Source: Squalus acanthias
Taxonomy: Eukaryota
Direction: 5' to 3'
Assembly (NCBI GenBank): GCA_030390025.1
Contig: CM059432.1
Location: forward strand, 57,786,001-57,850,000
DNA: 64,000 bases
Positions 13,637 to 24,843 of this stretch are shown in pieces. The notes beneath the pieces were generated by a model, which saw nothing but the letters and a program-made list of their open reading frames with translations, was not told the origin of the DNA and did no database searches. Both the position numbers and the translations under genes were made by a program. Position 1 is the stretch's first letter; every line of letters begins with the position of its first letter.

Positions 13637-14855
13637 GTAAGTTTCAATACACAATTTCAGTTATGGTTACTGTGAATCTGTGGCCTTTAGAGTAAATAAA
13701 GCAATGATTTCCTTGCCTCAGCAGCTGAAGTCATAAACAGACTGAAGCTAGAGCCTGCTAGTCACTTATCCACTAAGCAGTTCGTTACAAGGGGAAGGGG
13801 AGCTATTGGGCAACAGCAAAATGTTTTCAAAGAGCTACTTGACATCTCTTTGGAGCAATCAAAGGTGAATTATGATGCAGCATGTCATGAGGTCATGAGG
13901 GTTATTAGGGAGATGAAGCAGGATCAGTGGGCTGTATCCATAGGGTTGTGCAATTACATACAAGTGATCCACCAATCATGGTCAGTCTAGTGCAAATGAC
14001 TAACTCTCCAACAGGCCTGAGATGGCACCGTCAGCATCTGGAGAGAACATTATAGTAAAGTGGCATCTGACCCAACAGATCATAGTAAGGACCATCTACA
14101 TGGAGGTTGGAACAGCCAGTGGAGTGCACTACGCACATCGAAGAGTTTAATAAACCAGTTCAGTGGGAGGAAGTAGACTCTGTACTGCGCTGCCTAGTTA
14201 ACAGTAGGATGGAGGATGTGGATGCTATTCCTTCTAAATTTCTAAAAGCTGTTCTAGATGAGAGGTGGGGGGGGGGGGGGGGGTCAACAATGGTCTCGGA
14301 GAAGACTGCCAGGAACCACCGACATCAAGATCCCCATTCAAGATCCCTTCGCTCCTCATTCTCTGACCAGTTGCTGTCTCTTCTACTCTATCCCCATTCT
14401 CCAGTCAGCTTTTACCTCCTCCTTTAGTCTCCAAACAGCTGCTGCCTCCTCTGCTTCCCCAAGCCTTTTCCCCAATCTGCTGATGTGCTAAGCTCCCAAT
14501 ATGAGGACCACCTGTGCATCCTCCAAGTGCAGGGCCTAATTATAAAGTTACACATTAAAATATATATTTAAAACTCATAACAATAAATAGGAAATAACCC
14601 ATATGTACCACAGACCAGGATTTATTTTCTTTTTAAATGTAATTCATCTGCTAATACATATTTTTAATAAATATACATCTATATGTATTAAAAATCTTAT
14701 GCATGCATTTTCTATTTACAAACTTCACTTCCTCTCTTCACAATTTGGATCATGCTTTTTATATCAACATTTAACATTGATATTGTTGACGTAATAAGTT
14801 CTAATAGGAATTCCCTTATAAATAGATCCTGGGACACTGTAGTTGAAGGCTGTAT

Positions 14856-14868
14856 CCACTAGGTGGCA
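14856..14868 (+). promoter_or_regulatory. Candidate CTCF binding site
   Basis: CCACTAGGTGGCA closely matches the CTCF core consensus; lies in sequence not recognised as a repeat. Confidence 0.4.
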
Positions 14869-15076
14869 TTATAGCTCCACCATATCCGGTAACACTGCAT
14901 CCTCTGACACATTGTAAGCAACGCCACAGGAAATCCGATTGTAATATATTAAAAATCTTGCATATAACGCACAATTCCTGTGTTTCATTTATTTCCTATA
15001 ACACTTTCCCTGTCACATTTTCCTGATAACACCCATATTATTATAAAACAGCCATATTATTATAAAACAGCCTATC

Positions 15077-15885
15077 AACAACAATTTGCATTTTATATAG
15101 CATCTTTAGCATAGTAAAACGCCCCAAGGCACTTCACAGGAGCGTTATCAAACAAGATTTGACACCGAACTACATAAGGAGATATTAGGACAGATGACCA
15201 AAAACTTGGTCTAAGAGGTAGGATTTAAGGAGCATCTTAAAGGAGGAGAGAGAGGTAGAGTGGCAGAGAGGTTTAGGGAGGGAATTCCAGAGCTTTGGGC
15301 CTAGGCAGCTGAAGACACAGCTGCCAATGATTGAGCGACTAAAATCGGGAATGCTCAAGAGGCCAGAATTGGAGCAGCGCAGACATCTCGAAGGGTCGTA
15401 AGGCTGGAGGAGGTTACATAGATAGGGAGAGGCGAGACCATGGAGGGATTTGAAGATAAGGATGAGAATTTTAAAATTGAAGCATTGCTGGATCGGGTGC
15501 CAATATAGGTCAGCGAGCACAGGGGTGGTGAATGGGACTTGGTGTGAGTTAGGAAACGGGCAGCAGAGTTTTGGATGAGCTGAAGTTTATGGCCAGGAGA
15601 GAATTGGAATAGTCAAGTCTAGAGGTAACAAAGGCAGAGGTAATGAGGGTTTCAGCAGCAGATGAGCTGAGGCAGGGGCAGAGTCGGGCGATGTTATGGA
15701 GGTGGAAGTAGGCGGTCTTGGTGTTGGAACTGATATGTGGTCGGAAGCTCATCTTGGGGTCAAACACTACAACAGGGTTGTGAACGGTCTGGCAATTGCC
15801 AGGGAGAGGGCTGGAGACGGTGGCTAGGGAATGGAGTTTATGGTGGGGACCAAAGACACTGGCTTCGATCTTCCCAATATTTATT
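15077..15885 (-). mobile_element. L2-clade LINE 3' fragment
   Basis: ORFs with SRLDYSNSLL, LYWHPIQQ..FKIL, LWNSLP; (ttg)n tail. Confidence 0.85.
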
Positions 15886-16649
15886 TAGTTGGACTGATGC
15901 AATATATCCACTGACTCGCATGAGAAATATCATGGGAGATCTGCTAATTTTCTTTTAATCCAATTTTATACCAGTAAAAGTATCCCTTATTGGCAAATCA
16001 ATGGTTTGTATACCAAGAAACAGCGATTAGTCTCATATCACAGTTTCTTGCCTGCTGTCTCTTTTGTCCCACGGTTTTTTACTGATTGTTCTGAATGAGG
16101 GTAATTAATGTTGGAACGGAATAGTAATAAGAAACTGGACTAACTGCCATTACCATGGAACTAATAGTGAGAAACTACAGAATAACTAGACTACTCTTGT
16201 CAGTTTATAAATTCTAATGTTTTAAGTAGATCATTAACAGGAATTATTGTTGCATTATTAATTCTTGAGGGTTGGAGCAGCATTTATGCAGCAAATTAAA
16301 AAAAATATTCCAGTGGTTGCATGCATTTGACTGACTACATTTTAACACGAGGTGTTGCTTATAATCAGAGATGTGAATCATGCTTGCGAGAAATTATCTA
16401 TTTGTCTTGCAAAGTCTGCCATTATACCAGTGGCCTTATCTAAGGTTCTGAAGGGTTTACGGAAACAGTTTTCAACCATTTTCCCGATTGCACCGTCCCA
16501 CAGATTCATAGCCATTTCTCCTCTAGCCAAAAGATTAAACGGAAAAACTTTTCTCCCCCTACCTCGTCCATCTTAGAACATAGAACAGTACAGCACAGTA
16601 CAGGCCCTTCGGCCCTCAATGTTGTGCCGAGCATTGTCCGAAACCAAGA

Positions 16650-19565
16650 TCAAGCTATCCCACTCCCTATCATTCTGGTGTGCTCCATGTGCTTATCCAA
16701 TAACCGCTTGAAAGTTCCTAAAGTGTCTGACTCCACTATCACAGCAGGCAGTCCATTCCACACCCCAACCACTCTCTGAGTAAAGAATCTACCTCGGACA
16801 TCCCTTCTATATCTCCCCCCATGCACCTTATAGTTATGCCCCCTTGTAACAGCTACATCCACCCGAGGAAATAGTCTCTGAACATCCACTCTATCTATCC
16901 CCCTCATCATCTTATAAACCTCTATTAAGTCGCCTCTCGTCCTCCTCCGCTCTAAAGAGAAAAGCCCTAGCTCCCTCAATCTTTCCTCATAAGACCTCCC
17001 CCCCCCCCCCCCCAAACCAGGCAGCATCCTGGTAAATCTCCTTTGCACTCTTTCCAATGCTTCCACGTCCTTCCTATAGTGAGGTGACCAGTACTGCACA
17101 CAATATTCCAAATGTGGTCTCACCAAGGTCCTGTACAGTTGCAGCATAACCTCACGGTTCTTAAACTCAAACCCCTTGTTAATAAACGCTAACACACTAT
17201 AGGCCTTCTTTACTGCTCTATCTACTTGAGTGGCAACCTTCAGAGATCTGTGGATATGAACCCCCAGATCCCTCTGTTCCTCCACGTTCCTCAGAACCCT
17301 GCCGTTGACCCTGTAATCCTTATTCAAATTTGCCCTACCAAAATGAATCACCTCGCACTTATCAGGGTTAAATTCCATCTGCCATTTTTCGACCCAGCTC
17401 TGCATCCTATCAATGTCTCTTTGCAGCCTACAACAGCCCTCCAACTCATCCACTACTCCACCAATCTTGGTGTCATCAGCAAATTTACTGATCCACCCTT
17501 CAGTCCCCTCCTCCAAGTCATTGATAAAAATCACAAACAGCAGAGGACCCAGCACCGACCCCTGTGGCACACCGCTGGTAACTGGTCTCCAGTCTGAAAA
17601 TTTTCCATCCACCACCACCCTCTGCCTTCTATGAGATAGCCAGTTACTTATCCAATCGGCCAAATTTCCCTCTATCCCACAACTCCTTACTTTCTTCATG
17701 AGCCGACCATGGGGAACCTTATCAAACGCCTTACTAAAATCCATGTATACGACATCAACTGCTCTACCTTCATCTACACACTTAGTTACCTCCTCAAAGA
17801 ATTCAATCAAATTTGTTAGGCAAGACTTACCCTTCACGAATCCGTGTTGACTATCCCGGATTAAGTTGCATCTTTCCAAATGGTCATAAATCCTATCCCT
17901 CAGGACCTTTTCCATTATCTTACCAACCACCGAAGTAAGACTAACCGGCCTATGATTACCAGGGTCATTCCTATTTCCTTTCTTGAAGAGAGGAACAACA
18001 TTCGCCACTCTCCAGTCCTCTGGCACCATCCCCATGGACAGTGAGAACCCAAAGATCAAAGCCAAAGGCTCTGCAATCTCCACCCTTGCCTCCCAAAGAA
18101 TCCTAGGATATATCCCATCTGGCCCAGGGGACTTATCGACCCTCAGGTTCTTCAAAATTGCTAAAACATCTTCCCTCAGAACATCTACCTCCTCCAGCCT
18201 ATCCACCTTTTATCACACTCTCATCCTCAAGAACATGGCCCCTCTCCTCGGTGAACACTGACGAAAAGTATTCATTCATCACCTCTCCTATCTCTTCTGA
18301 CTCCATGCACAAGTTCCCACTACTGTCCTTGACCGGCCCTACCCTCACCCTGGTCATTCTTTTATTTCTCACATAAGAGTAAAAAGCCTTGGGGTTTTCC
18401 TTGATCCGACCCGCCAAGGACTTCTCATGCCCCCTCCTAGCTCTCCTAAGCTCTTTTTTTTAGCTCATTCCTTGCTACCTTGTACCCCTCAATCGACCCA
18501 ACTGAACCTTGTTTTCTCATCCTTACATACGCTTCCTTTTTCCTCTTGACTAGACGTTCAACCTCTTTTGTGAACCATGGTTCTCTCACTCGGCCATTTC
18601 CTCCCTGCCTGACAGGGACATACCTATCAAGGACACGCAGTAATTGCTCCATGAAAAAGCTCCACTTTTCGTTTGTGCCTTTCCCTGATAGTTTCTGTTC
18701 CCATCTTATGCTCCCTAATTCTTGCCTAATCGCATCATAATTACCCCTCCCCCAATTATAAACCCTGCCCTGCCGTATGGCCCTATCCCTCTCCATTGCA
18801 ATAGTGAAAGTCACTGAATTGTGGTCACTATCTCCAAAGTGCTCTCCCACATACAAATCAAACACTTGGCCCGGTTCATTACCCAGTACCAAATCCAATG
18901 TGGCCCCACCTCTTGTCGGCCTATCCACATATTGTGTCAGGAAACCCTCCTGCACACACTGCAAAAACTATCCCATCCGAACTGTTTGACATATAAAGGT
19001 TCCAATCAATATTTGGAAAGTTGAAGTCACCCATGACAACTACTCTGTGACCTCCACACCTATTCATAATCTGCTTTGCAATTTCTTCCTCCACATCTCT
19101 ATTACTATTTGGGGGCCTGTAGAAAACTCCTAACAACGTGACCGCTCCTTTCCTATTTCTAACTTCAGCCCATATTACCTCAGACGGCAGATCCCCCTCG
19201 AACTGCCTTTCTGCCGCTGTTAAACTATCCTTGATTAACAATGCTACTCCTCCACCTTTCTTACCACCTTCCCTACTCTTACTGAAACATCTATACCCCG
19301 GAACTTCCAACAACCATTCCTGTCCCTGTTCTAACCATGTCTCCGTAATGACCACCACATCGTAGTCCCAAGTACCAATCCACGCTCCAAGTTCTCCTAC
19401 CTTATTCCGGATGCTCCTTGCATTGAAGTAGACACACTTCAAGCCACCTTCCTGTCTGCCGGTACATTCCTGCGACCTTGATACCCTCCTCAGTACCTCC
19501 CTACACTCACCACTGGCTCCTGGACTACAGCCCTTTTTCCCATCCCCCTGACAAATTAGTTTAAA
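16650..19565 (-). pseudogene. CR1 ORF2 (APE endonuclease + reverse transcriptase) with three frameshifts as assembled
   Basis: NARSIRNK, ITETW, GDFNFP, SDHN (APE); KSPGPDG, QGSVLGP, KFADD (RT); split over ORFs 18921-19676, 18446-18964, 18199-18417, 16650-18206. Confidence 0.9.
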
Positions 19566-20479
19566 CCCCCCCGAAGAGCCGTAGCAAATTTCCCTCCCAG
19601 GATATTGGTGCCCCTCTGGTTCAGGTGCAAACCGTCCTGTTTGTACAGGTCCCACCTTCCCCAGAATGTGCTCCAATTATCCACATAACTGAAACCCTCC
19701 CCTCTACACCATCCCTGCAGCCACGTGTTTATCTGCACTCTCTCCCTGTTCCTCAACTCGCTAGCACGTGGCACCGGCAACAAACCAGAGATTACAACAT
19801 GGTTTGTACTGGCTCTCCGCTTCCAACCTAGCTCCCTAAATTCCTGTTTTAAATCCCCGTCCCTTCTCCTACCTATGTCGTTGGTACTGATGTGTACCAC
19901 GACTTGTGATTGTTCCCCCTCCCCCTTGAGGATTCTGAAAACACGGTCCGAGACGTCACGGACCCTGGCACCCGGGAGGCAACATACCATCCGTGAGTCT
20001 CTTTTGCTGCCACAGAACCTCCTATCTGTCCCTCTGACTATTGAGTCCCCAATAACTATTGCTCTCCTGCTCTTCCCCCCCCTTCCCTTCTGAGCCACAG
20101 GGACGGACTCAGCGCCGGAGATCCGGTCACCGTGGCTTACCACTGGTAGGTCGTCCCCCTCAACAGTATCCAAAGCGGTACACTTGTTACTGAGGGGAAC
20201 GACCACAGAGGATCCCTGCACTGACTGCTTCCTCCTAGCCCCTCTCACCGTCACCCATCTATCTTCATTCTTTGGAGTAACTACATCCCTGAAGCTTCTA
20301 TCTATGACCACCTCTGCCTCCCGAATGATCCGAAGTTCATCCAGCTCCAGTTCCCTAACGCGGTTTTCGAGGAGCTGGAGATGGGTGCACTTCCCACAGG
20401 TGTAATCAGCAGGGACACCGACGGCGTCCCTCACCTCAAACATTCTGCAGGAGGAACATTTCACTGCCTCCCCTGCCAT
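19556..20479 (-). CDS. CR1 ORF1p (307 aa): N-terminal Cys/His zinc-finger-like region, coiled coil, SGNH/GDSL esterase domain
   Basis: CSSC..CGKC, LENRVRELEL, IVIGDSIVR, CLPGA, VVHISTND, DGLHL. Confidence 0.9.
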   Translation of the reverse strand: MAGEAVKCSSCRMFEVRDAVGVPADYTCGKCTHLQLLENRVRELELDELRIIREAEVVIDRSFRDVVTPKNEDRWVTVRGARRKQSVQGSSVVVPLSNKCTALDTVEGDDLPVVSHGDRISGAESVPVAQKGRGGKSRRAIVIGDSIVRGTDRRFCGSKRDSRMVCCLPGARVRDVSDRVFRILKGEGEQSQVVVHISTNDIGRRRDGDLKQEFRELGWKRRASTNHVVISGLLPVPRASELRNRERVQINTWLQGWCRGEGFSYVDNWSTFWGRWDLYKQDGLHLNQRGTNILGGKFATALRGGLN

Positions 20480-20687
20480 CCCCTCCAGCTAACTTGCGGG
20501 TTAAACTAGAACAAGAAAGAGCTTACCTGATATTCACTCACCCCCTTTAGGTTAGAGGAGGTGGAAGGGTGGGGGACACTACAAGTGTAGTGTCTCGGGT
20601 TTAGGAACCGCCCAGCTTATATATAGGTAAAAATTATTCACTTACCCAGCAACCACTGCGACCCGCACTATAAAAGCACTCAACAGG

Positions 20688-20934
20688 TCCGCTGCTGCTC
20701 CCGCTGCTGCTCTGGGCCTCGCTGCCGCCTCGGGCTTACCTTTTGTACTCCGCTCTCCTCCGCTCCCTCACAAGTCCGCCGCCTCCGCCGCCGCGCTGCT
20801 CTGGGCCTCGCTGCCGCCTCGGGCTCACCTTTTGTACTCCGCTCCCTCACAGGGCCTCCGCCGCCGCGCTGCTCTGGGCCTCGCTGCCGCCTCGGGCTCA
20901 CCTTTTGTACTCCGCTCTCCTCCGCTCCTCACAT
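20688..20934 (-). repeat. Three tandem GC/CpG-rich monomers (about 70-100 bp) at the CR1 5' end
   Basis: gctgctctgggcctcgctgccgcctcgggctYaccttttgtactccgctc occurs three times. Confidence 0.9.
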
Positions 20935-21379
20935 CATCTTAGCTGATGTTTCAAAATTAAAGGAGAATTTTTCCACTTATCGTCCTGATAGGTTTAAAAC
21001 TGAATTTCTATTCCAGATGGTGGTCCTATGTTAACACATTTATTTAAACAGATTTAAGGATGTTGAAAAGACATTCAATAATCACATCCTTAATACTTGG
21101 ATATACTTTTCATTGCAGTTTTTTAATGCTGTGCATTTACTACAATTTAATAAAATATCAAAAAAGTCACAGTTGGTGATTCTACATTATGCAGGTGGCA
21201 GCCAGTGCGATAAATATAGACCGACGACAGTAATTTACAGCTAAATTGATTGTTATAATCAGAACCTATTCTCTTTGTAATTAAAATTTCTGGTCTCTTA
21301 ACAAAGATAATCAGTATCCTGTCAGTTAAAGTGAATAAACTCAATCAACCCCAGTTTAATATAAAAACATTTTTTTTAA

Positions 21380-21586
21380 TTTGTTCATGGGATGTGGGCG
21401 TCGCTGGCAAGGCCAGCCTTTATTGCCCATCCCTAATTGCCCTTCCCTAATTGCCCTTGAGAAGGTGGTGGTGAGCCGCCGCCTTGAACCACTGCAGTCA
21501 GTGTGGTGAAGGTTCTCCCACAGTGCTGTTAGGTAGGGAGTTCCAGGATTTTGACCCAGCGACAATGAAGGATTGGCGATATACTT
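21380..21586 (-). mobile_element. CR1-clade LINE 3' end fragment
   Basis: Reverse complement of the 3' end of 10205-11210. Confidence 0.8.
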
Positions 21587-21996
21587 GTAATTGTAGAGCT
21601 TAAATTTGCTTCCAGTTTTACTTAAAAAAAAAAAAATACTTCTTTAACAGCAGTTTCTGCTTCTTCAACGCCAATTCCTTTTTCTGCTTGAGTTGGTAGG
21701 TGTATTTATTGTGAATAATTGACTGATGAGTAACTGGAAAATTCAAGCAGAATATTGATCGAGTAGATTTGAATTAATAGAGTGGTATATGATAGACAGC
21801 ATGCATCATGTGTAGAAATAGCGGAAGGCTGGGGGAGAGGAACCAGTAACGTTAATTATATCGATATAATAGAAGCATTCATTAAATAATTTGAAACATT
21901 ATCCCAGTTAAAATTAAAATTAGGATATTTCTGAATGAATAATGGGCTTACAATTCTTAATACTGCTCGTATTAAGTGCAAACTTGATTCTTTCAG

Positions 21997-22067
21997 CTCC
22001 TTAAAAACGGAATCCAATCTTGAAGCCATGAAATCTATCCCGAGTGAAAGGCTGATGATAGAAACTG
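21997..22067 (+). CDS. TATDN1: TATDN1 coding exon (71 nt): SLKTESNLEAMKSIPSERLMIET
   Basis: tctttcag / gtaagt boundaries; forms ETDAP with the next exon. Confidence 0.96.
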
Positions 22068-22155
22068 GTAAGTTATTTTTCTAGGGTTACCCAAGACTTA
22101 AATTTTACTTTTAGGATAGACCAACAATAGAACACCTGAATTTCTATTCAGAGGT

Positions 22156-22882
22156 AACAGAAAACGCTGGAAAAACTCAGCAGGCCAGGCAACATCCGTG
22201 GAGAGAGAAACCGAGTTAACGTTTCAGGTCGAAACCCTTCGTCGGAACTGAGAAAAGAGCAGGAAATTAAACAGATAAAAATTCAAGGGGGAGGCTGGGG
22301 GGAGGAATAAAAGAACAAAAGGGGTGGTCTATGGTAAGTAGAGACATTAAGAGATGCTCAAGGCAAGACGAGATGGTAATGGGACAGGTTAAGAAACAAA
22401 AGGTGAGGTGTGAAATGCTGGCAGAATGAGAGACAGCTGCCGTAGGGGGAGCGAGAGAAAAAAAAGGAAAAAGGCACGGACCAAAAGGGTAGATAAAATG
22501 TGTATATATATGTGGGAGGGGCCGGGGTTATGATCTGAAATTGTTGAACTCTATATTGAGTCCGGAAGGCTGTAAAGTGCCTAAACGAAAGATGAGGTGC
22601 TGTTCCTCGAGCTTACGCTGAGCTTCCGTGGAACAATGCAAGAGGCCGAGGACGGTGAGGTCTGAGTGGGCGCGGAGGGGTGAATTAAAATGACAAGCGA
22701 CCGGAAGTTCGGGGTCACCCTTACGGACTGAACGGAGGTGTTCCGCAAAGCGGTCACCCAATCTGCGTTTGGTCTCCCCAATGTAGAGGAGACCACATCG
22801 TGACAGCGAATACAGTATACTAGATTGCAAGAAGTACAAGTAAATCGCTGTTTCACCTGGAAGGGGTGTTTGGGGCCCTGGA
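22156..22882 (-). mobile_element. Penelope-like element 3' fragment (GIY-YIG endonuclease C-terminus + 3' UTR with hammerhead motif)
   Basis: NLVYCIRC and CGLLYIGETKRRLGDRFAEH..VACHF..EQHLIFRLGTLQPSGLN across a frameshift. Confidence 0.88.
22213..22250 (-). ncRNA. Minimal type I hammerhead-ribozyme-like motif (core CCGACGA instead of CUGANGA)
   Basis: Minus strand: AGUU-CCGACGA-A-GGGU-UUCG-ACCU-GAA-ACGU-U-AACU. Confidence 0.6.
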
Positions 22883-23819
22883 GAGCTTGGTCTAAAAATT
22901 AGCTGACATATTTGTGAGCAACTGGATCCGTTTTTAATTGGGGTGAAGTTCTACACCGTTCACCCTCCAGTACTTCACCCAAGTGGTCATTATTCAAGTG
23001 TGAGCTGTGAAAGTGAGCATCAGCATGCTGCTCAATCGCAGGGGCATTACAGTCCTGTCCTCTTCCAAGATCCACACCTGTACTTCCAACAGGGGCTGTT
23101 GGATAACAGCTATGATCAGGGGTCCAGCAATTCCCCACTACCGCCCCCCGCCAACTTCTCTGTTTTCCACCTTCCTAATACAGTTGTGTTGAGGCCATTT
23201 GTAACTCCCCACCATTGTCACTGCTGAGATCAGATAACTCGGCAAAGACTGGGAATCAAACCTGGACCCTTCCTAGGCTTCATGGCTCAGCTATTTACTA
23301 AGTAAACTCACTGAGCCATTAGGTGGAACCATTGTGCCAGTTTCGTTCCTCTAATTTTCACTGCTCCTCTCCTGAAGGCTGTGCCTCATGCTGGGGTATG
23401 GTTCCCTGAATTTCTGACAGCGCTGTATGTTAACCAATTGCCCATTTTTCATGTCTGTGCCAGTACCAGCAGACCTTTTTACCGTGGGGGGGGGGCGGTG
23501 GGGTGGTCATAACATCTGAACCCTACCCTGTTCATATCCAACCTGCACTTTATAGCAGGAGTCATTAAAAGTGATCAGTGGTGGCGACCATGACTTGTAT
23601 TTTTCTTCCTTCCCTCATCAAGGGTTACTGAGTCCGGTTGTGCCCAGTTGTTACCTGAACGATATCAGCTAACTAAGCAGACTAGAGATAGATTCTGGGC
23701 CCTTTCTAAATTTTACAGCTCAGTACCACACCACATGTTGCCCTTACTGCCTGAACTATTGGCAGAGATTGTATTTTAAAGTTTTTTGAATTTTTGTGCT
23801 TATTAAGACAGGATGTCCG

Positions 23820-24442
23820 TGATGAAGGCAAATTGTATGTTAGCCTTTATTGCAAGGAGGTTGGGGTACAAGAGTTAGGAAGTCTTGCTGTAATTATATA
23901 GGGCTTTGGTGAGACCACACCTGGAGTACTGTGCACAGTTTTGGTCTCCTTACCTAAGGAAGGATATATTTGCCTTGGAAGGTTCACCAGACTGATTCCT
24001 GGGATGAGAGGGCTGTCCTATGAGGAGAGACTGAGTGGAATGGGCCTATATTCTCTGGCGCTTAGAAGAATGAGAGATGATCTCATTGAAACAAATAAAA
24101 TTCTTAGAAGGCTTGAGAGGCTGTTTCCCCTGGCTGGAGAGTCTAGAACTAGGAGTCATCAGTCTCCGGATAAGGGGCCGGCCATTTAGGACTGAGATGA
24201 GGAGAAATTTCTTCACTCAGGGCGTTATGAATCTTTGGAATTTTCTACCCCAGAGAGCTGTGGATGCTCAGTCATTGAGTATATTCAAAACCGAGATCTA
24301 TAGATTTTTGGACACTAAGGGAATCGAGGGATATGGGGATAGGGTGGGAAAGTGGACTTGATGAAGATCAGCCATGATCTTATTGAATGGCGGAGTAGGC
24401 TTGAGGTGCCGTATGGCCTACTCCTGCTCCTATTTCTTATGA
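23820..24442 (+). mobile_element. CR1 LINE 3' fragment
   Basis: [18 protein letters not shown]; 3' end ggcctactcctgctcctatttcttatg. Confidence 0.85.
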
Positions 24443-24843
24443 AGAACAGAACACTTATTCTATGTAGCATCAGGATTGAGCATTTTTAGGTCAGGTGTTA
24501 CATGGGTTGGATGCAGTGCAAAGCTCTTTCAGTAGTGCCCCAACAATATGCCTCAACTCCAACCATGAAAGGGCACCTTCTACTGTACCATTTTCTACAT
24601 CTGCATCCTTATGGCTGAATTAGGATAAACTCACTTCATGTAGCATCTTTATTGCTGGCAGAGAAAGCTTAAGGTCGGTTTAAACCCAGGCTCCAGAAGT
24701 GAAAGGATAGTGCACTAACCCCTTTATTTATTAAGTGTCTGGATTAGAAACTGATTGAGAGGATCTTGTTCGGAACAGGTGTCTGTTTGGTTGTAGCACA
24801 TCAAAACCTTTCATGTAATTATTTGTTTATATTCTTTGAAAAG

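Larger units (their letters stand above)
16577..20934 (-). mobile_element. Full-length CR1 LINE (about 4.36 kb) in a TATDN1 intron, antisense to the host gene
   Basis: 5' GC-rich monomers, ORF1, ORF2 (APE+RT), tail gttctatgttct; TSD catcttag at 16569-16576 and 20935-20942. Confidence 0.95.

Noticed and set aside
14268..14283. Long poly-G runs here and at ~47833, 50182, 51375, 51641, 57134
   Set aside because: Simple homopolymers whose assembled length is unreliable; no evidence of function.
20540..20610. Possible HDV-like ribozyme in the CR1 5' UTR (ccacctcctc)
   Set aside because: Could not build the nested double pseudoknot by eye.
20688..20934. Repeat-spacer-like pattern next to a reverse transcriptase (CRISPR/retron-like)
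   Set aside because: Vertebrate LINE context; the units are tandem monomers without unique spacers, and no cas genes are present.
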